NCBI GenBank assembly: GCA_013239625.1
Contig: MU054323.1
Span: forward strand, 9,517,186-9,581,185
Reading direction: 5' to 3'
Origin: Lama guanicoe
Taxonomy: Eukaryota
DNA length: 64,000 nucleotides
The translations under genes were made by a program, and so were the position numbers. Shown in pieces: positions 11,195 to 23,657 of this stretch (its first letter is position 1; each line of letters starts with the position of its first letter). The notes beneath the pieces are model-generated. The model was not told the DNA's origin. It did no database searches and saw only the letters and a program-made list of their open reading frames with translations.

Positions 11195-11840
11195 GGTATG
11201 GAAAGAATGTGCACTTTGGAGTCAAGCAGCTCTGGTATCATAAATAGCTGTGTGATCTTAGAAAAGCCACTTTGCACCTCTGAAATCTCATAAATTTCTC
11301 ATTGGCAAAAATAAAGATAGCGGTGTCCCCCACTTTTTGAAAGTTCGCTTTATGCCACTTTGCTTTTACAAAAGACCTACCTTAGTGCCTGTTTTCACTA
11401 ACCGAAAGAAATCCAAAGAGGATTTTCACTTTTATTTTTTTTAAAAAGGCAAAAAGCAAAAATATGGTTCAGCATTTGTTTTGCAGCGAGCCCTCATAAG
11501 GGCAGTGCACATCCCGCGCAACCAGAGTGGCACCACCAGGCCCCTTCCCTGGGAACCACACTCAGCATCTCAGCATCCATCACCACAGCTTTGAACTGTG
11601 TGTGTGAACGTCTTTGCTTTGTCTTGATTTATTTTGTGCATCCGTTAGCAAGATACGGCCTAGGGTAACTGCATCTTTGCCTTATTCTGTTTCAGCTTCC
11701 AAAAGGTCTCACAGGGATGCTTTACTTTCAGGTGGTGGGGATCCTGTAATGATACCTGCCTGGTGGCAGGCCCCTCAGGAGGAGTGAACGTAAGAGTAGA
11801 GATGAAAGCAAATAGCAGACGGCTAGCATGTAGCAGGCAC
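11195..11840 (+). mobile_element. MIR SINE interrupted by a Tigger element
   Basis: MIR 5'/core at 11195-11319 resumes as taatgatacctgcc...atgaaagcaaatagcagacggctagcatgtagcaggcac after 11746. Confidence 0.6.
11320..11746. mobile_element. TcMar-Tigger non-autonomous element (Tigger9-like), apparently full length
   Basis: Imperfect TIRs cggtgtcccccactttttgaaagt ... actttcaggtggtggggatcctg with TA flanks; internal aaagacctac and aaccgaaagaaatcc motifs. Confidence 0.75.
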
Positions 11841-11861
11841 CTCCCTTCCTGTATACTCCTG

Positions 11862-12055
11862 GCTTCCAGACTTTTTTTAAACCACAATCCTCAGAAAGAT
11901 ATTCATTTTACATCCACAAAAGTTTCGCGAAAAAAATATTTCTCCTTGCCACATGTGATGTACTCTGATTGTATTTCATTTTATTTTAATGCTGATTGGG
12001 CCCCACTAGGTGGATTTCACAACCCGCTAATGGATTACACCTATCATTTGAACAA
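11862..12055. mobile_element. Old hAT-Charlie-type DNA transposon fragment (subfamily uncertain)
   Basis: agactttttttaaaccacaatcc...cattttacatc...ccactaggtggatttcacaacccgctaatgg...tttgaa. Confidence 0.5.
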
Positions 12056-14158
12056 GCCTGTTTCATACCACGGGTGGATATCATTTATCCTCATCGTATG
12101 TATGTCCCTCCTTTCCCTCCAGGCCTTCCTTCCCTCCCTCCCTCTCTGTCTGTAACTGGCACATGGGGTCACAGAGCTACCTGTTGCCAGCGTGTGCAGG
12201 GCCCCAGGCTTGTGCAGAGTGAAGCGGGCCCCGCAGCCCAGCAGGGCAGGGGAGCAGTCCTTCTGCTCCTCTCCATCCTCCCTGGGGTGTTTGAGGCCCT
12301 CCACCTGCCAGAAGTTCTGCCTCCTGCCAGGCTGCTATGGAACTCGCCCCCATGCCCAGCCCAGCAGAGCCCACCTTCAGGCCTTTACAGCCATGGCCCC
12401 TTCAGCACAGCAGGCAGGGTGGGCTTCGGGCATCCTCACCCATTCCGTAGTTTCTTCTTTTGGGATTGCTGCTTTGCCATCTGTAAGCCCAGAGAGCAGG
12501 CATCTGTGAGTATCATTTCAGCTGCCGGGCAGGGGGATTTGACTTGAAAAGCAGAGGGACCGTGACCATCCTTGCTGCCCCTCCCCCAGACCTTCGAGGG
12601 GAATCTGTGAGCATCCAGCTAGGAGGGCAAACACCCAGAGAGCTGGTGTAACCAGACGGTGTGCTCAAAAGGCAACAGGCAGGGGCCCAAGCAGCTGTGG
12701 GAGACATCGGTGCTGGGAGTCTCGTGGGAGAAACCAGATTCACAACCAGGCAGGCAACAGTTAAAAGCCCAGAGAGACTCTCTGCGGAGGAGAAGATTGG
12801 TTTATGCTGCAAAGAGTTGAGCTCCTAATTGTTCTGTCAGTCCTTTGGGGGTCTGGTGCTTTCCTGGGGAGGCCGATGTCTGGCGATGTGGAATGGAAGG
12901 CTGGAAGCACGATCCCCACTGGGGTGTGACCTGGACTCCGCGTGGTCAACTCGGCTAGGACCCCGAGCACTTCCTCTTTGAGGATCATCCTTTGGTTTTT
13001 CCCCTTTTGCTGACTAAGCAGGGGAGGGTAATCTGTGATCTTGGCAGTGACTCACCGCCATCAGACAGGCGGCCGGCTTCTCCCCAGCAGTCCAGCGCAG
13101 GTGAGCTGCACGTGTAGCCCTCTTCCCGACTGAGCCTGCAGAGAGATCCCTGCACCCTCCACGGGCATCCTCACGGCTGCAGGCAAAGCCAGTGCTGAGC
13201 TCCTGCCCTAGCAGCCCTGGGCAGAGCTAGCAGAGAACTTGAGATGCCCATTGCCAAGGCACCTGCCGTCTAGACATGCCAGCAGGCGCAGAGCGGGAGA
13301 CGAGGAAGACGTGGGGTGATAGCTCTGCTCCAGGGTCCCAGGTTTCAGGCAGCACCACATTCCTCAGCCCCCAACACATCTGTCTTCCCCATAGCCCAGC
13401 CAAGTGCACCGCATCATCTCAGCTGACCTTCCCAAGGTCGGGGTGGGGGCAGCCTTGCCTTTCTCAGTGGCCATACTGCCACCTCATCCTCCCAGCCTCT
13501 TATCAGGCAGGTTATGATGGAAAGAGCATCAGGGCAAGGAGAGTGAGGACTTGTCAGATTCTGCCTTCTAGCTCTGGGGCCTCAGGGCTGCCCCTTGGGT
13601 CAGCCATTCATTCATCCACTCATTCATTCATTCATTCATGCACCAAAGAGACATTCACCTGCTGTGAGGCCCTAAGGGAGGTGAGCACCATATGGCACTA
13701 AGGATAAACCATCTCCAATCCTGCCCTCAAGGGCCTTACAGAGAAGGCCTGTGCCATATGAGAGGGACCATCAATTTCTGCGGCCCTTAGTTTTCCCTTC
13801 CCTGTAATGATGGGACAGTATGACCTATGAGGTTTCTTGCTATTATAAAATGTTATCATTCTAAAGTACATCTTTAAATAAGCCAGGTGTTTATATTCGT
13901 TTGAGAAATATGTTTTGAGCTGCTGTGTGCTGGGCACTAGACTCAGACCTGGGATCCAAAGATGGATAAGTATGACAGGTCTTGTGATCTAGTGGGGTGT
14001 GGGAGAGTTGCTGGACTGTGACAGATGCATGAAACAGGCAGGAGCCCAGGGCAGGAAGGCAGCTCTGTGGCCGCGAGAGGCTCAGGCCCATGCAGGCTGC
14101 CCCGTCCCTCCCCTTCATTTGACCAGCTGGCCCTCTCCCGGCCTCCTCCCCTTCTCAG

Positions 14159-14338
14159 ACACCGCACCAAGGGATGCCAGGGGAGCAGAGGCCTGCAGCC
14201 CACCCCTACCCCCACCTCCACACTCTTGGCCCTGCAGTTGCAGAAGCTGGCTGCAAGCTGCTCTAGCCCCAGAGGAACTGGCCAGGCTCCAGAAGGCCTC
14301 ATTGGAGAGTCTCAGAAGGAGAGAGAACCGCTAGGTAA
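14159..14338 (+). pseudogene. BABAM2: Disrupted homolog of the human BRE long-isoform alternative exon (GCQGSRDACSP...WRASEGERTAQ*)
   Basis: GCQGSR starts at 14172, ACSP follows in a shifted frame, and VAEAGCKLL*PQRNWPGSRRPHWRVSEGERTAR* follows in a third frame, with in-frame TAG at 14264-14266 and TAA at 14336-14338. Confidence 0.7.
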
Positions 14339-17089
14339 TTTTTTTCGTTCTAGTACGCATTGGAAAGTACCCTGTGATTTAGAAGGAGCCAGATTTCATC
14401 CCAATACTTTGATGTCTCGAAATGGATCCCAGTCAGTTGTTTGTTGAAGTCTTCCTAAAACAGCATTTTATTTAATTCGACACATACTGAGACTGCAGTC
14501 CCGGCCTTCTCACGGGCAAGGAGCCCGAGCTACATAAGACAGAGTCTAGACACCAATCTAAACATCTCCAACTCCAGGCAGACCGCGACCAGGCCTGAGG
14601 CTGGAGGCCCGATGCGCCCCGGAACCGGCAGAGGGGAGACCGGTTCCAGCTGAGGGCGAGGACGTCTGCCTGAGGCTGTGAGCATGGGATACCATGTTCT
14701 CAGGATGATATCAAGCCTTTGCATCTCAAGTGTTAGTTTCCTTGTTTTATGAGCTTGGAACCCCTAAAAACGAAGCAGGCCTACTGGAGGGTTGGCCCAT
14801 TTAGGGAGACTGTGTGTGCGAACTGGTTACAACCACTTGTTTGTTCCTAAAGCCCACAGCAGTGAGCCAGGCTGGCATTGCCCAGGGCACAGCGACAAAA
14901 CAGGCTCCCATCATGCCAGGCACTTGCTCACCAGGGCCCCCGGAGGCGGATGGGCAGTCTTCACGGGGGCCTTGGGTGGGTGTGGGGTGAAGGGCCCTGA
15001 AGCAGAATCTCTCTTTGTAGAGGATTCTATTACAAGGATGACCCCTTAGACACGAGGAGAGTAACCCCAAATGAGTCAGTGTGTACAGTGGCCGTTCAGG
15101 ACAATGAGGACAAGGCAAGACCACAAGGATGATTAGTGGGACTTGTCTTACACTATTTACAGGACTGCTTTGATTTTCAGACCATAGTTGGTTTGCATAT
15201 GACTGATTAAAAACATGTGCCAGTTGAAGTCACAGCTGCAGAAGATGACTGGAAAAAGAAACGAGCCTTAGATGTTTGGGAACTTGCCTCTGTGTGCCAA
15301 AATGAATTCTGACTTGATTTGTATGTCCCTGATTTCCTGACAATGAGGGTCATGTCCCTGAACCACTTCTGCCACCCTGCCTCACCCTCCTCACCACACT
15401 AGCCCGACTCAAGCAAATATCAGAAGGCTTATCTGATGCTTGCCCAAAGAAAAGCATTTTGGAATTCCAGAGAGGGCTACAGAGTCCTGTAATGGAAGAG
15501 GACGATTGTTTAGGCTCTTGAAGAATAAAAGGTCCCAAGTAAATGAGGCTAAGGCAGCAAGACCACAGGGTCCCCAACGTGAGGTCCTGCTCTAGCAGGA
15601 GGATGTGCTCCAGAGGCACGGGGGACAGGGTGACCCTGGGCAGGTGTCTCAACTAAACTCTCCAAGCTTCTGTCTTCTCACCTGCAAAACAGGACCGTGA
15701 CTCCTGCCACCTCGATGGGGTTGTGAACACCCCCTGCGCAATGTTTCTTCTGCTCTATGTGTTTCCTTCCTTTTCCGGTCTCCAACCTCTTTGGGCTTTT
15801 TATTCTCTGTTTTTGTTTTCATTTTCTTAAAGCTGTACTGATTCAGAGGTTGGGATGCTGATTTCATGGATTTTTGTCCTTTTGAGAAGGTCTGTTGGAT
15901 GAATAAAGACCTATAATTCCAGGAGGAGAAAACCCTTTTGATGAGACTTGTTGAACAAAGGCTCCTCACTGCCTTCATCTCGAGGCCTCTGAGGGTTTCC
16001 CTGACGGTGCCCTGCCACAGCTCTCTTTAGTGCTCCCGGAGTCCCTTCCCCAGAACACATTGATGATTGAACTTTCCAGGCATTATGTCCCCTGACAACG
16101 TAGTATGAGCTCCCTGACTCTGGACCTCCTCTCGGTGGGAGGACAGGGCCCTGGGTGGGAGGAACAGGCCTTCCTTCTCTCTCACGAACTGCTCGAGGTG
16201 CCTCTGAACACCTGCTCAGAGCTCTGCCATGTTTGTGAGAAAGCATCCAGGTGACGCCAACCACCGCCTCACCGCACTGCCGCCTACGGCGTGTTGGGGT
16301 CTGGGTTTGGCCGGTGCCTTCATTTAACAGATGAAGAGTCAGGACACAGAGAGGTTAAGTGGCTTGCACAAGGTCACAGGGGTATCTCAGAACCATAACT
16401 GGGTGGCACTAGAGATCAGCAGGAATACATCTTCCTGTTACAGGGGAGGAAGCTGAGGGGCCCCCCCCGGACAAGCCAAGCCGGGGCCTGGGCTAGAACC
16501 CGTGTCTCCCGCCTCACTGCCTAGTGCTCTTTTTATTTGCCCCACGGCCTCCCCTTTATGATACATGTTGCCCTGGACAGAAAAATGTCTGTTGGAGGAC
16601 TGGGCCAACTTGGGTGCCCCCATCCAGGGTAGCCGGAGCCACGTGATTCTTAAGCATGCCTCTAGTCCACAGCTGCGACCTCCCCACAACCAAGCCCACA
16701 CAGGACCCCACCCAGCAGCTGGGGCAGGAGCCAACCGGGGGTGCAGGTGCCTCCCACCGCAGGGCTCACCCTTAGATAGCACGAGTATGCCTCCAGCAGC
16801 TCTGAGCTGCATTTCAAGAGGTGCACAGTGTCCTGACGACTTGGCCTGGGTGTCTGGTCCTGAGACTGACCATCTCTGTGCCTCCAATGGCCAGCTCGAT
16901 AGGATAAGTGAGCAGTGATCCAGGAAGGCCCAGGGGAAGGGATGAACTGAGAGCAAGGACCTTAGGGCCTCTCTCCCTACACAGGGGTTTTCTCTGCTAC
17001 AGCCGCTCATGCCCTGGCTGTTCCCATGGCCTCTCCCCCTGAGACCCCGCTGGGTCCCCATGGTAACAGATCACATCTATTGATCATCT

Positions 17090-17300
17090 GGTTTGCCAGG
17101 CACACAGCCACGTGCTTAGTTGGACCATCTCATTTCATCCTCATGAGGACCACCCTTTGGTGGAGGCATTATGGTTCCCCTTTTATAGCTGAAGAAATCC
17201 AAGCTGAAGAGGTGAGTCCCTTGCCTCGATGATACAGCCCATGAGGAGCGGGCCAGGCCTTGAGCCCAGGTGTGGCTGACTCCGAGCCCCGTGCTCCACA
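17090..17300 (-). mobile_element. MIR SINE
   Basis: atctcatttcatcctcat...ccccttttatagctgaagaaatccaagctgaagaggtgagtcccttgcc. Confidence 0.7.
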
Positions 17301-20300
17301 GCCTCCAGCCTGCAGGGCCTCGGAGGTCATCTGGCACAGCTCCTGCTTTGTAGACAAGGGATCTGTGCCCAGAGAGGGGAAGAGATTTACCCCTGGACCC
17401 AAGGCCCGCAGTGCCCCCCAGCACCCTGATTCCTGATCCGAGGGGTCTGTCTCATCCACCCACGGCCGTGTCTGTGCGCTGAGGCCAGGAGCCGGTCCTG
17501 CTGAGAATTCACAGAAAACCTACCCAGCCTTGGCCTGGGGTCAGTTCTTTAAGTTTTATTCTCCTAACCTGAGACTCTGGGATTGGACTGAGTGGTGATT
17601 ATATAAAACCCTGAGCAGAGGGACGGAGAGCAGTGAAGAGGGTCAGAACCTAATGTTGTCCTAAGGCATATTTAGCTCTAATTTGGTCTAAAAATAATTC
17701 CCCTTCCAGTGTGAGTAGAATGAGAAGCTTGACTGACTCAAGGCCTCTCTCCCCATGGGCCCTTTGGCCAGTTATCGGGGACATGAGAAGACTGCCTCCT
17801 TCTCCCCCACATACCCCCGTAACACACTTACAATTTTAAAGCTTACCATACACTTTGTCTTTGGGTCAAAGAGTGTTTTTTAAAGGTGACAGACAACTAA
17901 TGCCATTGGCACGGGAGATACTCTGGGCAGCTCTCCATTTTCTCTGAAAACTGAAATAAATGAAAACAGCACTTAAAAAAAAATCTATAAATGGATGGGA
18001 GCCAGTTGTCATTTTCCCCTGCTTCCTCCCTTCCCTGAACTGACTTCGTGAGGACCCGCGTTGAGAGGCGCTCACTGACAACAGCTGGGAGCATCGTGCC
18101 TTTAAATAGCCCTTCTCTGCGCTGCTTCCCCTTGGCGTCATGCACTTGGCCCTGGCGGGGGAAGCCCAGGACAGAGCAGGAAACTTCAGAACTTTCTGAA
18201 GCGGGAAAGAGCTTGCTCTAAAGCTTGCTCCCTCCTGCTGAGACCTTTCGGTCTAAGGAGCTTGTACTGATGCAGCCTCTCCCCCAAGAAGTTTCCAAGC
18301 TAAAACTGAGCTGATGAGATTTGCCTCATGAGATGTGCCCAGCGTGACTCTGGGTCTGAGGAGAGAGGTGGGGGGAGCTCTCCCTGCCCCGATGCCAGGG
18401 CCGTTTCCAGCAGCAGCAGCAGCCCTGCTCAGTCATCGGGCGCATGTTGGGGAGCCAACAGCCTCTCCCCTTAGTGTCCTCACCTGTGACTTGGGACAGG
18501 GGTGCCACCCCACCCAGTGGTGCTGGGGTGGGTCACGCTCCACAGTGCGCTTCAGGCAGGAAAGCAAATGCAGCAGAGGTTGGCAGCAGCCTGTCAATAT
18601 CTGACCCTCTGAAGAGGGGCCACCAGGCTCCCCTCTAGCAAACGCCTGTATTGCTGGGGACACAGCAGCAGGTGAAACGTAGGGAAAGGATGAACGGTTT
18701 TCACATCTGGGTGGCAGCAGCCATTGACAAAGGTCCTTCCCACACGTCTGGCGCGAGTGTCACATCAGGGTGGGCTTGCCGCCCCTACTCGCTGCGGGGA
18801 GACAAAGCTCAGGCTTCTCCAGCCCCGCCAGCCTCCCTCTAGGTCCTGGGCTCCTTCTGCCTCATCCCAAGCGCCCCCCTTCCCATAAGGACGATTGTGG
18901 CAAGGACTTTGAGGTCCCAAGGCTCAGAGGAGGTGGCAAGACCATGTGATCAGGATGAGGGTGGAGGAGGGTGCTTTACCCTTCTCAGTAACAGTTGGCC
19001 CAGGTTGAAGTTTGAGGACAGATGAATGTTTTACACTTTCCTTCTTTAGAGCCTAAACGCTGCATTTGCCAGCTTTCTGGGGTTGCACTCTCACCATCTT
19101 GAACAGCGTGTAAGCGACATGCTTTAACTGCTCTTGCAAAGCGGCAACCGTCAGTAGTTACCTTAATTACAGCCACAAAGTCCTCGCTGAGTGCTCTATG
19201 TGGGCAGGCCTGTGGGGTCACCAAGAAGAGGACATGCTCCCTGCTTTCCAGGGCTGGCAGTGCAGCCCCACCTTTTAACAATGTACACACACACATGCCC
19301 TGTGTCCTGTGCCCTGGAAGCAGCACAGAGTACATCTGCATGCAGGGAGGGAACCTTCTGGTGACCAGGGAAGACTTGATGGGGGCAAGGGCATGTGGCC
19401 TGAGCATGACGCGAGCCCAGAGATGGAAATGGCATGTGTGGGGAAGAGCAGGTAGCCTGACCAGAGGGAGTGGGTGTGGAGCTGGCTCCTTGGACCCTGT
19501 GTGGGCTGCGGCGGGGGAGGGGGGTGGCTTACGACATCCCCTGAGAACATGGGACATCACAGTGAGGAGACTTACCTGCAGTTTTTCTGGGAGAGGGGTC
19601 TTAGCTTCTTAAAGGAGGGGGTGCACGATCCCAAAAATGGTAACTGAGGGAAAAAGTAAAGAGTACAAGCCATGGCATGCCAGGCTTCGGGTGCAGGCAG
19701 ATGAAGGGTCTTGGTTCGGGGAGTGACGGAGACCCATGTTCAAAGAGAATGGACCTTGCTGACACAGAAGGGTGAAGTCAGCCTTGGGTCCTGGGGAGAA
19801 ACAGCGGTTTTGTTGGAAGATAACAAGACGGGGAGCCAGGGGTGTCAGGACATTGGGGAGGAAGAGGAAGAAGCTTCAGGGTGAATTCACCACAGGAGTT
19901 TAGGGAGAAGTGGAAACTCAGGGGTCTGTTACAGGAGTACCATCAGGCCAGAGCACTTTCAAATATGTCAGATTTATGACAACTCGCATTTGAAACACAC
20001 TGGTTTGAATTTGAGAGAGACATCCAGGTCATGAGGTCCTGCAGCTGGTTGGAAATGGGGGACTGAAAGTTTGGGAGAGAAATAAGGGCTGGAGACCCAG
20101 ACTGGAGGGGTCTCTGCTGGGGGGAGGGCACGAGCCTGAGAGGAACCATGCTGTGCACGAGGGGAGCTGAGAAGGACGGAAGAGACCAAAGAGAGGTTTC
20201 TTTCAGGAGTGGGGAAGGAGGCAGGAGGGGAGAAGGGAGGAGGCCTAGGAGGTGTCATGTGGCAGGGAAGAGAGCTTCCAGACAGAGGAGCCAACAGTTA

Positions 20301-20929
20301 CATGCTGCAGAGAGGCTGCGGACAGAGCTAGGACTGAGACAGCCGGAGCAAAGCGGTGAAATTTGAAAGACTTTCCGGTGACTTGGCGTTGGGGCGGGGA
20401 GGCCGTCAGTGTCATCCGCGACTGCACTGGGCGGTGATCTAGTGATGAGGCCGGAGCCTGCGGAGCTGTGTGGGGCTCTTCGCCCTACTCTGAACGGTCC
20501 CGTTTGAGATGACGGCTCCGCTGTCTTCTCCCCGGTGGGTTTCGCATTGTTGCCTCTCTCTGCTTCAGCAAGTCTGCCTTTGGCCTTTATGTCAGCTCCT
20601 CGACTGCGAATTTGGTCCTCTGATCTTCTGGGAGCCTGGAGCATCAGGCTTCTTAGAACCATATCCTAGATAGAATGGACTTGGGTAAGGCAGGCGAGGC
20701 CTTTGTGGGACTGTTGGTGATAGGTCTTGGTGGCCCTTCCCAGCTCATGTCACAGGGCTGGGTGAACCACTTCTGGATAAGTCAGCTGTGACTGCTCTGA
20801 CCTCATGGAAGTCGGGGCTGAGGGAGGAAGGACTGGGAGGCAAACTTGGGTGACCAGGGCGTGGGGTGCCCACCCCACCCTCTCCAGCCCCTACCCTCTC
20901 CAGCTTCCTCTCCCTCCCCTCCCTACCTC

Positions 20930-21235
20930 ACCCTTTCTCTCCTGTCAGAGCCTTTTGTTCCCAGCTCATAAGCCGCCCATGCCCCCAGGCCTCCACTCCT
21001 GCCGTGTCTTTCGCCAGGTACACCTGTAAAATGCCAGGTCCACCTTCACCGATTGCCCCAGACTGATGCCTCCTGTCACCTCAGTAAATGCCCTCTCCAC
21101 AGCAGCTGGCATTTCTGATGGGTCTGCTGCTCCTCTGAACTGAGACCTCATCTGGGTCATCTCACAGCCCTGGCACCTCAGACAGTGCCTGGCACAGAGT
21201 CGGCCCCACACAGGCCCCTCTCCTGCTGTTGAATG
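20930..21235 (+). mobile_element. L2 LINE 3' fragment
   Basis: Ends ccctggcacctcagacagtgcctggcacagagt...tgttgaatg, a typical L2 3' end. Confidence 0.6.
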
Positions 21236-21814
21236 GCAGGCCCGCGTCTACAGATTTGAATCTGGGTTCTGGAAAGGCCAAATGGTCTGCCCCAGATCCT
21301 ATCACTACTCTGTGACTGATGGGGGAAGGTTCTCCTGTTACCCAGCCTGGCTTTCTTCTCAGTAGACCAAATTTCATATATGTTTGCAAATAACTGGAGA
21401 CCATGGATTACTTAGAAATCCCTTTTATGAGACCCTCTTTGTATGAAGTCAGAGACCTAGGCGAGTGAGAAGTACAATCCTGTTGATAGTTCAGATCATG
21501 AAAATGACTGGCGGTTGGCCTGGTCACTCTCTGGCCTGTCGCTCGGACCCCTGGCTTTGACCTGGGGAAGAGCCGCGGGAACCTGGGTACTGATGTCTGA
21601 TAGGAATTGGCAGCCAGGAAGGTCTGCGTACCGGCCCTTTAAATATCCCTGAAAGATAGCACAGGCGTGAACTGCATAGACCTCCCCTGGAAAACTCTAG
21701 AGGGCTTTACATCAGCAGGGAAGGAAAATCCAACCCAAGATGCATGAACAATAAATAACAACTGTTCCGAGTTAGGTTGAAAGCTCTGAGTTGCACTTTT
21801 TTTCAAGTTGTTTG

Positions 21815-21852
21815 TGCTAACCACAATTTTTTTTCTCCCCCTTTCCTACCAG
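21815..21852 (+). other. BABAM2: 3' splice site of the BABAM2 terminal exon (branch point, polypyrimidine tract, AG)
   Basis: TGCTAAC branch-point consensus at 21815-21821, followed by ttttttttctccccctttcctaccAG. Confidence 0.92.
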
Positions 21853-21916
21853 GGCTTATTTCAAAACCTTTGTCCCTCAGTTTCAGGAGGCTGCGTTTGC
21901 CAATGGAAAGCTCTAG
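21853..21916 (+). CDS. BABAM2: BABAM2 (BRE/BRCC45, BRISC and BRCA1-A complex member 2) terminal coding exon
   Basis: G + GCT TAT TTC AAA ACC TTT GTC CCT CAG TTT CAG GAG GCT GCG TTT GCC AAT GGA AAG CTC TAG = (K)[20 protein letters not shown], the canonical BRE C-terminus. Preceded by a strong acceptor and followed by a 3' UTR with AATAAA. Confidence 0.95.
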
Positions 21917-22180
21917 GAAACACCAGTCTTGAGAGGTGGCCAGCCAGACTCCTCTGTCCACATGTGTGTCAGCACATATGGCTGCTTCCTGGAAGCCATT
22001 GGAATGTCTTCATGGCAGCGTTTCGCTCACACAGCAGCTTTGCACCCCGTCTGGAACCCAAACTTGAGCTGGCTGGCGGTCACCTGGATCCCAGAGCGCC
22101 CCCCACCTCTGGTGGCTCCCTCTTCGTCCCCGTCAGTATATTTCTTAGTTGGAAGAAATAAAGTCACAAATCATTATGCA
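21917..22180 (+). other. BABAM2: BABAM2 3' UTR (end approximate)
   Basis: Lies between the TAG at 21914-21916 and the expected cleavage site about 15-25 nt after AATAAA at 22157. Confidence 0.8.
22157..22162 (+). terminator. BABAM2: Polyadenylation signal AATAAA of BABAM2
   Basis: First AATAAA after the stop codon, about 240 nt downstream. Confidence 0.85.
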
Positions 22181-22304
22181 ATATTTTTCCAGGGAAAGTA
22201 AGACACATAAATGCGCACACCCTTATTCCAAAGCCTTTGTCTCTGAGACCTCTTTCAAGTTTTAAGATTAAACACCCCTTTGCTTCCCCCCCCCGAAACT
22301 CATG

Positions 22305-22306
<2 letters not shown>

Positions 22307-22346
<40 letters not shown>
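22307..22346. repeat. (GT)20 microsatellite
   Basis: Direct reading. Confidence 0.95.
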
Positions 22347-22349
<3 letters not shown>

Positions 22350-23522
22350 ACACCCCAACATTTCCTGTTTTGGACAGTCCTCCATTGGAAAAGGTGCTGC
22401 CTGGATGAACCTGACCAGCTGTCAAGGTTTCAGCCACCCACCCAGCTGGGCCTAAGGCTGGCACTCAGAAACAACTGGTTCCAGCACCAACCCCCTCCTC
22501 CATCGCCCCACTCCAGGCCCCTGTGTGTGCACTGTGTACAAAGCCCATCCTGACCCAGGAGGCAGGCAGTAAAGCTTGCTGAATACGTCAGTGAATCCAT
22601 CCCTCTCTCTGTCACTCCTCCCGAAGCTGATGGGGGAGTCGTTTGGGCTTCTGCAGCACTGTGCCAAACATACCTGAAAGACACGGGTTGGGCCTCGTGG
22701 GTGAGCACTGGGCTCAGGGTCTGTCAGCTCTGCAGCCATCCAGGAACAGAGCTGGGGAAGGTACCCTGAGTAAGCTCCATCTTTCCTAAATTCAGAGATT
22801 ATCAGAGCTGGACCGGGTCTCAGAAGGTGTCTTGTTTCTAACCCCAACCCCTCTCCCCTGCTACTCCCTGCAGTGTCAGAGGTAAGAACTAACGCTCAGG
22901 AGCTAAAGAAGCTCTCCCAGGAAATCAGGGCAAACCTGGGAATTGGGAACCACCATGTGACTTCCCTGGACTTACACACAGGCTGACCACGGCTAGCTTG
23001 CCCGCTCAATGAGGCGTACGGTTCAGTTTAGCGGGGAGGTAGGCCCTCTGCCCAGAGGCAAGAATCAGGCAGCTGGCCTGTGTTGCCTGGGCTCTTAAAC
23101 ACACCTGCCTTCAATCGAAGGTGAGGTGCCCGGCCCCACCCGCCACAGGGCCTGCACGGGTGGACCCCGGCCTCTCACCCTCCCTCAGTTCCTCCTGTGG
23201 CTCTTAGAGCCGCGTTTTGCCATGTGAGCCTGAAAGGGAAGCAGCTCAAGGCCCTCATGGGGGCCAGTGAGGGACGCCTGTTCCTTCCTGTATTGGCCAG
23301 CGCCCGGGAATGTTCTCAGGAGGCAGGAGAACAGCTCGAACAGACCTCCCCGCTTGGCTTCCAGCTGGCGGGCTGCCCAAGTCTGGGATCTCTCACAGTG
23401 TGAGTACTTTGCCCTGAAACCTTGGGAATTCCCATGACAAAGAACAGTCCAGTGTCCTGTGTCTGCACCCTAGCTCTACCACTAGCCAGCTGTGTGACCC
23501 TGAGTAAGTCCCTTCTCTGTGT

Positions 23523-23657
23523 AGTCAGAACCACCCGGGGGGCTTTTTAAAAAACCACTGCTTGGGCCCCACTGCAGGCCTGCTGAATCACAGCTCACCA
23601 GCTGGGCCTTGGGCATCTGGATTTTAATACAACTCCCCAGATGATTCTTTTGAGCAA
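23523..23657. mobile_element. MER5A-like hAT-Charlie element
   Basis: tcagaaccacccggggggctttttaaaa...gggccccac...ctgctgaatca...gggcatctggattttaa...ctccccagatgattct. Confidence 0.8.

Larger units (their letters stand above)
1..21852 (+). other. BABAM2: Distal part of the last intron of BABAM2 (the upstream constitutive exon lies before the window)
   Basis: Ends at a strong 3' splice site directly before the terminal BABAM2 coding exon. No other constitutive BABAM2 peptide was recognised in the interval, and it contains homologs of human alternative BRE exons in the expected order. Confidence 0.85.

Noticed and set aside
21808..22161. 117-aa ORF overlapping the BABAM2 terminal exon
   Set aside because: Wrong frame: it starts in the polypyrimidine tract region, and the real peptide is in another frame entered by splicing.
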